Shown here piece by piece: positions 17,716 to 24,713 of a stretch of 24,713 bases of DNA (its first letter is position 1; each line of letters begins with the position of its first letter). This DNA is from Candidatus Hodarchaeota archaeon (lineage in GTDB: Archaea > Asgardarchaeota > Heimdallarchaeia > Hodarchaeales > Hodarchaeaceae): positions 1-24,713 of the forward strand of contig JAEOTC010000044.1 in the NCBI GenBank assembly GCA_016840035.1, in the 5' to 3' direction. The position numbers and the translations under genes were made by a program. The notes under the pieces are model-generated. The model saw only the letters and a program-made list of their open reading frames with translations, was not told where the DNA came from and made no database searches.

Positions 17716-18369
17716 TTATAGCTTAACCTTCTTAAGATCTTTAGAGGTGTCCTTATGAATTGATTCAAGTTTTTTATTAGATTCTAAGAGAATCTTTAAG
17801 CTTTTTTCGATTTTTTTAAGTTTTCTATCGATTTGTTTAACGTTCGCTTCGAATCTCTTTGCTTGAGATTCAGATTTCTTTTGATGAGAGTTTATCTTTT
17901 TGAAGTGAGATTCTATTTGCTTGAATCGTTCATTGATATCATCAATAGGAACAGTTATTCCGGAATCGTCTTTTGAGATCGTAATAGATAGCTTGGGGGG
18001 AGTTGGTGGAGATTTTATTTTTATCTCTTGTTCCACGATAGGGGTGGGAGGTTTGGAAGGTATTGGTTCTGGAGTAGCAACAGGAGGAGGTGTAGATGAT
18101 GGTCTCATTGGAGGAGGGGGAATATGAGCACTTTGTGTAGAGACAGGTGGAGGCTTCGGTTGGGGTTTCGAAGGTTGATGAGGGGGAATAAACGAATCTT
18201 CTGAATTGTCTGGTGGAGGTGGGGGTACTTTAAACGATTCTTGGAGATCTAAAGGAATAATAGGTTTTATTTCATCAGCTTCACGATCTGTGAGTGATTC
18301 TTCAGCCCCACAATGAGGACATGGAAGACGCATTACATAATTCCTACATTTCTTGCAGACTGGACTCAT
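17716..18369 (-). CDS. Zn-ribbon + proline-rich linker + coiled-coil protein
   Basis: 'CKKC......PCPHCG'; Pro tracts 'VPPPPP', 'IPPPPM', 'PPTPP'; heptad-rich basic C-terminus. Confidence 0.75.
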   Translation of the reverse strand: MSPVCKKCRNYVMRLPCPHCGAEESLTDREADEIKPIIPLDLQESFKVPPPPPDNSEDSFIPPHQPSKPQPKPPPVSTQSAHIPPPPMRPSSTPPPVATPEPIPSKPPTPIVEQEIKIKSPPTPPKLSITISKDDSGITVPIDDINERFKQIESHFKKINSHQKKSESQAKRFEANVKQIDRKLKKIEKSLKILLESNKKLESIHKDTSKDLKKVKL

Positions 18370-18554
18370 TATGAGTCAACTCTATTTATTTTTTAATCCA
18401 TATGTAGTTCTGGTTTTATCACATAATAATTGATATTTTTCTTATAATGTAACAGGAAGGGATATCATTTTAAGTTATCTAGAGAGTCTATCGTTACATA
18501 AAAAAAGAAGATCTCATTGGGATTCCTCTATTAACCTAACTGAAATCTTGTTGT

Positions 18555-18608
18555 CTAGATCACGGATCTTCTGAAAAGATCAGTGAATTCTTGTGCTATG
18601 TTATTCAT
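18555..18608 (-). pseudogene. Truncated 5' remnant of a paralog of the hdrC-like gene
   Basis: Translates MNNIAQEFTDLFRRSVI*, versus MDDIAQEFNDLYHIMK... at 23231. Homology stops after about 12 codons. Confidence 0.6.
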
Positions 18609-18815
18609 CAGGTAACTCATGTAATTAGTGTTTGTTGTTCATTTATAAATCTGACATGTACAAAGTTCACAGCATCTACATCCGCAAAATAGCAGAGAAG
18701 TCAAAATAAGAAGTTTTAAAGATATTTGGGGTAAAGGGAATTATCTAGATAGAAATAAATTTGACATGTTTTCGATCCTAGTAGATTTTGTATATTCTAT
18801 AAATTATTAGATTGA
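18575..18815. repeat. Diverged direct repeat, copy 1 (partner at 23198-23440)
   Basis: 18585-18719 aligns without gaps to 23208-23342 (20 mismatches in 135 nt by manual count). Weaker similarity continues about 95 nt to the right. Confidence 0.9.
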
Positions 18816-18978
18816 TTCTCATTCATCTATGTAGTGAGGCAATGCTGCTGGGAATTAAAGAATCCAAATAATACAAAAGAGATGCTTCATATTTTACTAA
18901 ACACGATTGAGATTATCTAAAACTAAGATTAGAAAAAGGAGGAAAGGAAGGAGGTTTATCAAATATAATATTTACGTT

Positions 18979-20319
18979 TTATCTCCTCCTTCTCAATTTA
19001 AGAGCTGAGACTAGAATAATTCCAAGAAATAAAAGTGGTGTAGGCCATCCAGAGGAAGATACAGAGGTTGTAGTGGTTGATTCATCGCTTGTAGATGTAT
19101 GAGAAGGAATTACAGTAGCAGTAGTTGTAGTAGTTGTGGTTGAAGTTGTTGTCTCTGTAATCGTCTTATTTTCAACTATTGAATTTAGAATAAATCCAGT
19201 GAAAAGTGGAAAGATATTTCCATAATGAGGATATTCACTCGCAGTGATAACGGCAATCATAGACTCGTCGAGTAGGACAAAGATATTTTGTCCTCCATAA
19301 CCTTGTGCATAAAAGTAATCTGGATCGGTTTTAACCCACCAGTGGTACCCATAACCAGTACTTGGATTATAGTCTTGAATTGATTCGTCCACCCACGTCG
19401 AGGGAAACACTTGAATCCCATTCCACAGGCCTTCATTCAGGACCAAATATCCAATCTTACACATATCAAACGGTGTCATCCATAATCCCGATCCCCCTAT
19501 GGTTATACCTTGAGAATCATTAAACCAGACATAATTGGTAATATTGAGAGGAGTAAACAAATATTGCTTGGCAAAAGACTCAGCATTCAAACCTGTTTTC
19601 TTTTCTAAGATTGCGGAAAGCAGATGTGAGTTACCACTACTGTAAGAAAATTCAACTCCTGGATTATTAACCATTGGCTTATCTAAGATATATTGTATAC
19701 GATCAGAACTATTAAGCATCTTTACTGAATCGTGATTGAAATTCTTTGGCCAATTCTCCCACGTAGTATCTGTAGTATTTGTTAATACTGCATAATCATC
19801 TTTGTCTACCGTTGATGATAGAAAGTTTTCATAACTCCACTCGAGCCCACTCTGCATTTTCAAAAGATGACGAATAGTAATTGCTTCTTTTCTGGAATCT
19901 AAATTAGCAAATGTTCTTTCAGTGAAAATATTTAAAATTGGTTCATCCAGATTTGAGATAAATCCCTCAGTATGAGCGATCCCTATTAGAATACTTAGTA
20001 CACTCTTTGTACAAGACCATAGGAGATGAACTTCTGAATGATTGTAGTATTCAGAATAATACTCATACCCAAGATAGCCATATCTAATAATTTGAATGCT
20101 ATCAATTCCAATATCTTGAGTAAAAATGGTCTGATTCATTGAACCTAGTTTTTCCGAATCTAATCCCAAGAATTCTGGTGTTGCTTTTCTCCATTCTTCA
20201 CTTGGATAATAAGTATCAATGAATGAAGAATAAGGTTTCACTAAATTTTGTTGAAAATAACACAAATTAAGCAAAAAACTGATCAAGATTATCGATATCA
20301 AAAATGAATAATTTTTCAT
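18979..20319 (-). CDS. Secreted, C-terminally anchored serine hydrolase (beta-lactamase/AmpC-like family)
   Basis: Signal peptide; SxxK 'SCTKS'; 'ITIRHLLKMQSG'; 'FSYSSG'; 'AQGYGGQ'; Thr/Ser-rich linker; 'SSGWP'-TM-'RRRR' tail. Confidence 0.88.
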   Translation of the reverse strand: MKNYSFLISIILISFLLNLCYFQQNLVKPYSSFIDTYYPSEEWRKATPEFLGLDSEKLGSMNQTIFTQDIGIDSIQIIRYGYLGYEYYSEYYNHSEVHLLWSCTKSVLSILIGIAHTEGFISNLDEPILNIFTERTFANLDSRKEAITIRHLLKMQSGLEWSYENFLSSTVDKDDYAVLTNTTDTTWENWPKNFNHDSVKMLNSSDRIQYILDKPMVNNPGVEFSYSSGNSHLLSAILEKKTGLNAESFAKQYLFTPLNITNYVWFNDSQGITIGGSGLWMTPFDMCKIGYLVLNEGLWNGIQVFPSTWVDESIQDYNPSTGYGYHWWVKTDPDYFYAQGYGGQNIFVLLDESMIAVITASEYPHYGNIFPLFTGFILNSIVENKTITETTTSTTTTTTTATVIPSHTSTSDESTTTTSVSSSGWPTPLLFLGIILVSALKLRRRR

Positions 20320-20707
20320 TGCTCAACCCTCATTTGAAATATTCTAGGGTGAATTTTCTCCTATATAAGATTTATCTCCTATCTCCCTAGATACTAACAA
20401 TAGTAGTAACTCATTCGAATGTGGAAAATGGTTTAGTTAAGATTTACGATCATCAAATAAAACAACCATACGTTCTGCCCCACTTGTCAAGGTCATTATT
20501 GAGATTGGTTAACTTAAACTTATTCATTTCTCTCTTGTACTCACTATATTTCTTAAGAACGAAGTTGAATTAGATTGCTTTCGGTTCTAAATTCCAAGAA
20601 ATCTTAAACAATCATTCGACATTTTTTACATTTACGGGTGAGGTACCTGAGAAAGTGTTATTCAAAGCACTAATAAATTTATAAGAATAAATTAAATTTA
20701 ATTAGAT

Positions 20708-21055
20708 ATGAAGTCAAAACGTAACAAGTCTCTCCTGTGGATATCACTGTTAATTGGGAGTGTGATCCTGACAATCTATTTCTCCCTCTATCTCTTCTAT
20801 TACTATATAGGAATTTATTGTGTCCAGACATCCGAAGTGTTTGGAGAACTTATCTGGTGTTCTGCACCTGCAGGCACATTTTTCCCTCTTCCCCTGGAAT
20901 CAGGACACGAAATGGCAATAACCAGCAAGATTTCAACCATCGATTATCTGCTATACGGGCTTATCATTGCCACAAATCTTGTCTACGTATTACCCCTACT
21001 TTTTGGAGGTATAGGGTTATTAAGTGGATGGAAGCTAAATCAAAAGGAGATCTAA
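20708..21055 (+). CDS. Small 2TM membrane protein, hypothetical
   Basis: Basic N-terminus and two hydrophobic helices flanking a loop with two Cys. TTTATAAG TATA-like box about 20 nt upstream. Confidence 0.6.
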   Translation: MKSKRNKSLLWISLLIGSVILTIYFSLYLFYYYIGIYCVQTSEVFGELIWCSAPAGTFFPLPLESGHEMAITSKISTIDYLLYGLIIATNLVYVLPLLFGGIGLLSGWKLNQKEI

Positions 21056-21101
21056 AGGTCTTCCGAAAATTACGATAGAACTGTAAGGAGATGAAAAAAA
21101 A

Positions 21102-22754
21102 CTGGAACCTCTGAAAAACGCCACAAAATGGGGAGATCGGGAGTCTATTCACATAAAAGTTACGGAACCGCTTAAAAAATTTGTTTTTCAACACTTAGGA
21201 ATGGATGCTAATACTCTTCCTAAAGAATACTCACAAAAAGAATCTCTAAATGCACTCCTCGGTGATTCTCAACTTTCAGATGATTTTTTAACCGAAATGG
21301 CCGAGATATCTCCTAATCTGCAGATACACACAGAGCCTTGGACTCGTATAACTAATTCATTAGGCCAAGGATATATAGAATCACTACGAGCACGATTATT
21401 GGATATTCCAGCAGTAGTTGAAGGGGTTGTTTTTCCTAGTAATCACAATGAAGTTGTTCAAATTGTTCGATTAGCGAATAAATTCCGAGTACCTCTATCA
21501 ACAGTGGCTGGAGCAACAACTGTCACATTAGGGATTGAGCCTTCCCTTGGAACTCTTGCAGTAAACTTAACACGGATGAAAAAAATCCTAAATATTAACC
21601 CCGATGCCCAATATATTACCGTAGAAACAGGAATTATGGGGCCTGATTTAGAATCACAGTTAGAAGCATATGGATTAACTCTTGGTCATTTTCCCCAATC
21701 ATTTGAATATAGTGCATTAGGAGGATGGGCAGCAACTCGAGGAGCAGGACAAAATTCCACTCTTTATGGAAAAATTGAAGATATGGTGATGGGTATGAAG
21801 TTTGTAACAGGACTAGGAGAAACAATACAGACAAAAATAGCCCCAGCAAGAGCAACTGGTCCAGATATCAATCATATCCTTCTCGGGTCGGAAGGAACCC
21901 TTGGAATCATTACTGAACTCAATCTAAGGGTGTGCAAAGTACCCCAAAAAACACGCTTTGGTGCATTTTTCTTTAAACACTTTGAAGATGGGCTTCTCGC
22001 ATACAAAGAAATACTCCAAAATGGTTATCTGCCAGCAGTCATGCGGATTTCAGATAGTGAAGAGACTTATCATAATATTGTAGCTCAGACATTAATGCGT
22101 GAACCCCCTAAAATGCCCTGGTCATACCGTGCACTCCTAGAGATACTGGAACGAAGAGGATATAAGGAGAAGACGCGATGTATGGGTATCCTTTCAATGG
22201 AGGGGGAACCTAAGCTAGTAAACTTAACGTTTAAACAGGCAAAGAAAAGTATTAACAAGTACAAAGGAGTATATATCGGGTCTAGAGCTGCAAAAAGTTG
22301 GCACAAACGAAGATTTGAATTACCATTTATTCGAGATCCTCTGATTGACCATGGAATTCTCGTGGAAACATTTGAAACCAGTACCACCTGGGACAACATT
22401 ATAGATTTATATCGAAATACAAAGAAAATATTAAAACCAGAGTGTCCTATTCTCTGGACACATGGAAGCCATTTTTACCCCAATGGAGCAAATCTCTATT
22501 TTACATTAGTCGCTTCACAAGAAGAGGGTAATGAATTTGAGCAATATTATAGGATCAGAAAGAAAGTGTTGGATGTATTTCAGGCAAATGGAGGAACCTT
22601 AAGTCATCATCATGGGATTGGTCGCTCGTTCATTTCTCATTTTCCAGCTGAAATTGGTGAAGTGGGGATGAAATTACTTAAAAGGATAAAACTGACTCTC
22701 GACCCGAATAATGTCATGAATCCTGGCATCTTTGGATTGGAGAACTCGATCTGA
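21102..22754 (+). CDS. FAD-linked oxidase-family protein, alkyl-dihydroxyacetonephosphate synthase-like
   Basis: 'GHFPQSFEYSALGGWAATRGAGQ.S..YG.IED', 'GSEGTLGIITE', 'PAVMRISD', 'ETFETS..W', 'SHFY..GANLYFT', 'SHHHGIG', 'DPNNVMNPG'. The frame is open upstream of ATG 21201 and encodes 'KWGD'; proposed CTG start at 21102. Confidence 0.8.
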   Translation: MEPLKNATKWGDRESIHIKVTEPLKKFVFQHLGMDANTLPKEYSQKESLNALLGDSQLSDDFLTEMAEISPNLQIHTEPWTRITNSLGQGYIESLRARLLDIPAVVEGVVFPSNHNEVVQIVRLANKFRVPLSTVAGATTVTLGIEPSLGTLAVNLTRMKKILNINPDAQYITVETGIMGPDLESQLEAYGLTLGHFPQSFEYSALGGWAATRGAGQNSTLYGKIEDMVMGMKFVTGLGETIQTKIAPARATGPDINHILLGSEGTLGIITELNLRVCKVPQKTRFGAFFFKHFEDGLLAYKEILQNGYLPAVMRISDSEETYHNIVAQTLMREPPKMPWSYRALLEILERRGYKEKTRCMGILSMEGEPKLVNLTFKQAKKSINKYKGVYIGSRAAKSWHKRRFELPFIRDPLIDHGILVETFETSTTWDNIIDLYRNTKKILKPECPILWTHGSHFYPNGANLYFTLVASQEEGNEFEQYYRIRKKVLDVFQANGGTLSHHHGIGRSFISHFPAEIGEVGMKLLKRIKLTLDPNNVMNPGIFGLENSI

Positions 22755-22886
22755 TATCGACTTAAATCTAGAGTCTTGATTCGTAATTTATGCATGAATT
22801 AGAGAATTTTTCTGAACTAAAAATAATTTTGAAAGAAAATAGCGGCAGAAAAAACAGATTTATTCCTTTGTGGTGTGGTGTTTAAT

Positions 22887-23231
22887 CTAATCAGTGACTA
22901 GAGCTTTCTGAGGTTTCTTAAGACTGGTATTTCCAGTATGAGAATTGGATATTTTCAGCGATATCTTCTTTAATTCTTTAATGACATATCCCACATCAAT
23001 ACCTTGAGGACACCGAGTACTACATACAGAACACATTCTACAGTACCAGATCTGTTGTTCATCAAGGGTTTTCTTGTTAAACTCTCCACTGAGTAATTTT
23101 TTCATGATTTTTCTTGGATTAAAGTGCGAATAATGCCTAAAAATGGGACATCTCCCAGCACAAGCCCCACATTGATAACACATCTTCATGATGTGATAAA
23201 GATCATTGAATTCTTGTGCTATGTCATCCAT
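22887..23231 (-). CDS. HdrC-like 2x[4Fe-4S] dicluster protein
   Basis: 'CYQCGACAGRCP', 'NPRKIM', 'IWYCRMCSVCSTRCPQGID'. Start placed at ATG 23231 because the upstream in-frame sequence is the duplicated promoter region. Confidence 0.85.
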   Translation of the reverse strand: MDDIAQEFNDLYHIMKMCYQCGACAGRCPIFRHYSHFNPRKIMKKLLSGEFNKKTLDEQQIWYCRMCSVCSTRCPQGIDVGYVIKELKKISLKISNSHTGNTSLKKPQKALVTD

Positions 23232-23440
23232 CAGGTAACTCGTGTAATTCTTGCTTGTTATTCGTTTATAAATCTGGCGTGTACAAAGTTTACAGTATGT
23301 GCATTTGCAAAACAACAGAGAAATCAAAATAAGATGTTTTAAAAGATATTAGGAGGAAAAGAAGTCCTCTAGTTCGAAATATATTTTCCAAAATCTCGTG
23401 CTTCGTAGATCTTGTACATATTGTAAATAATTACATTGGA
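23198..23440. repeat. Diverged direct repeat, copy 2 (partner at 18575-18815)
   Basis: Same alignment as copy 1, at a constant offset of 4623 nt in the ungapped core. Confidence 0.9.
23265..23294 (-). promoter_or_regulatory. Candidate archaeal TATA box (TTTATAAA, 23265-23272) and adjacent imperfect inverted repeat (TGTACAAAGTTTACA, 23280-23294) upstream of the hdrC-like gene
   Basis: The TATA box sits 33 nt before the ATG. Both elements are retained in repeat copy 1 (18642-18649; TGTACAAAGTTCACA at 18657-18671). Confidence 0.5.
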
Positions 23441-23509
23441 TTTCAAAGGTCACATCACTAAATAGTGATTATAATCGTAAATAATCCAAAGAGTCCTCAT
23501 TATTGTGAA

Positions 23510-24328
23510 TTATAATATCATTAGCTCTTCGGCTATGATTGCTTCCCCTTTTTCTGACATAATTGCTAGTAATTCGATATGATCTACGATTTGGGGAGCA
23601 CTTCTTATCTTCTTTTCCAATAGTTCTTGGATTTGAAAGATTCCAGAAGCATTGTTCATCAGCACCTCTATACGAACAGTTTTCTTTTCCCCTTTCTTAA
23701 TCTTAACACTTTCTATTGCCAGGGCAGACGCGGAGTGGATATTTACACTTCCCAGTTCGAATGGAATTCTTGCTCTACCTTTAGTCATATCTAAGGCATC
23801 TGCAATACCTACTACACCTGCCTCAATGGTGTTGGGTGTGATGAGTTTATCGTGACACAATATTGCATGAAGAATATGTCCTCTGACATGAGTTCGCTTG
23901 TGAAAATCTTCAGGATATACTTTTTTCAGAATTCTATCAAGAATGGGAATTGCGAGTGAGACTGAGAATATGTTGTGGTTTTCACGATGGACTGACATAC
24001 CAATATCATGGAGATAACAAGCCATCAGAACAATCAGTTGTGCATCTTCAAATGTACCTGTTTCCTCCTGCTCAATAGTACTTCTTATCCCTTTTTCAAG
24101 TTTATTGAGGAGGCGCATCCCGTTTTGGACAACAATCAGTGAATGAATGTGACCATGGTCTGAAAAGCCCATTCTATCAATAGCCATCCGATTTATGTCC
24201 TCAAGCATTGTTTGGACTTCGATATCTTTCTCTAACTCATCGAATGCAGTAAGACACATAGCATTTTTCTTGAATTGTCTTCTTACTCTATCTTTCAAAG
24301 TTTGTCTATGTTTCTGGGCTTTTTTCAT
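23510..24328 (-). CDS. HD-domain metal-dependent phosphohydrolase (COG3294-like)
   Basis: 'DHGHIH', 'YLHDIG...HRENH', 'HAILCHD', 'ADALDMTKGRARIPF'. GGAGGT SD upstream. Confidence 0.9.
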   Translation of the reverse strand: MKKAQKHRQTLKDRVRRQFKKNAMCLTAFDELEKDIEVQTMLEDINRMAIDRMGFSDHGHIHSLIVVQNGMRLLNKLEKGIRSTIEQEETGTFEDAQLIVLMACYLHDIGMSVHRENHNIFSVSLAIPILDRILKKVYPEDFHKRTHVRGHILHAILCHDKLITPNTIEAGVVGIADALDMTKGRARIPFELGSVNIHSASALAIESVKIKKGEKKTVRIEVLMNNASGIFQIQELLEKKIRSAPQIVDHIELLAIMSEKGEAIIAEELMIL

Positions 24329-24649
24329 TATTCTAAACCTCCATTTTCAGTTACGGTACAGTTATCTCAGGAATACTAAAACTAATTGTAAATTTTAAAT
24401 TATAGTTCATTATTCTTCGAATTTTTGCATTTAACTTTGGGTATAATTGATTGGATAGCCATTCCGGTACGTATAGCACCTGGGAAATTTTCCCTATTTT
24501 AAAACAAAAGAGAGAATGAACCTTTGGACTTAACTTATGAGGATACACCAAACCAGATGAAGATTAAGATATTTTTTTCTCATTCTAATGTCTTCAAACG
24601 GTGATTTGACGACAAATAATTAGTTAAAATGAAAGATAATATCGGTTCA

Positions 24650-24678
24650 TAAAAAAAAGAGAAAGCAGGAAAGAAAAA
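24650..24678 (-). terminator. Possible oligo-T archaeal terminator for a minus-strand gene ending at the right edge
   Basis: Minus strand reads TTTTTCTTTCCTGCTTTCTCTTTTTTTT shortly after stop codons near 24690-24705. The upstream gene itself is outside the window. Confidence 0.3.
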
Positions 24679-24713
24679 CGTTCTATCAATCAATAATAGA
24701 TGCCTATTTCCAT

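Noticed and set aside
19060-19160. GTA/GTT trinucleotide-like repeats as a tandem repeat or CRISPR array
   Set aside because: They are the Thr codons of the hydrolase linker; there is no repeat-spacer structure.
20415-20495. Intergenic sequence translating to ECG...FCPTCQ, echoing the Fpg zinc finger
   Set aside because: The two pieces are in different frames, too short, and the spacing differs from the Fpg gene. A decayed remnant cannot be distinguished from chance.
1402-22399. Short track ORFs antisense to or nested in larger genes (1402, 1845, 5367, 5451, 5779, 6562, 6979, 8952, 16416, 17921, 20737, 20964, 21634, 22085)
   Set aside because: They overlap motif-supported genes and have no motifs of their own; the Gly-rich 17921 ORF is just the antisense of Pro codons.
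23124-23342. Plus-strand 72-aa ORF, and the Cys-containing N-terminal extension (to 23327) of the hdrC-like ORF
   Set aside because: Both run through the duplicated promoter element. The paralogous copy has a stop in the plus frame and substitutions show no synonymous bias, so the region looks non-coding.
18575-23440. Composite transposon or IS bounded by the repeats
   Set aside because: No transposase or integrase, no terminal inverted repeats or target-site duplication seen; the repeat is a gene 5' region.
23652-24551. Track ORFs 23652-23855, 24195-24398 and 24351-24551
   Set aside because: The first two are antisense to the HD gene; the third is short, has no motif and lies over the HD gene's upstream region.

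Overview
AT-rich prokaryotic window with about 23 protein-coding genes. I could not support any rRNA, tRNA, CRISPR array or mobile element. Several features point, by inference, to an Asgard archaeon (Heimdallarchaeia/Hodarchaeales-like): a longin-like gene coupled to a stand-alone 7TM protein, a CTERM-type surface anchor, TATA-like boxes and GGAGG/GGGTGA ribosome-binding sites. The core is a mostly minus-strand glycoconjugate locus (5219-12978). It encodes a Cys-based phosphatase, a LarA-family racemase/epimerase, a YeeE/YedE fragment, a DPM-synthase-like GT2, a DUF2064/TIGR04282 (CofC-like) transferase, an egghead/BRE-3-like GT2 and a GT87-like GT-C. A SAM methyltransferase + radical SAM/SPASM pair lies further downstream on the same strand (2631-4502). 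Other genes: DtxR/MntR regulator, DoxX protein, polyferredoxin-like protein, UroD/MtaA-thioredoxin fusion with a CobW GTPase, an Fpg/Nei homolog lacking canonical catalytic residues, a Zn-ribbon/polyproline/coiled-coil protein, an anchored serine hydrolase, an alkyl-DHAP-synthase-like flavoprotein, an HdrC-like protein and an HD hydrolase. Three things are not in the ORF track: a partial M28-like peptidase at the left edge, two genes whose conserved N-termini require a non-AUG (probably CTG) start, and a diverged ~240-bp direct repeat (promoter plus first codons of the hdrC-like gene) with copies 4623 bp apart. All family calls come from motif recognition by eye, not database searches.
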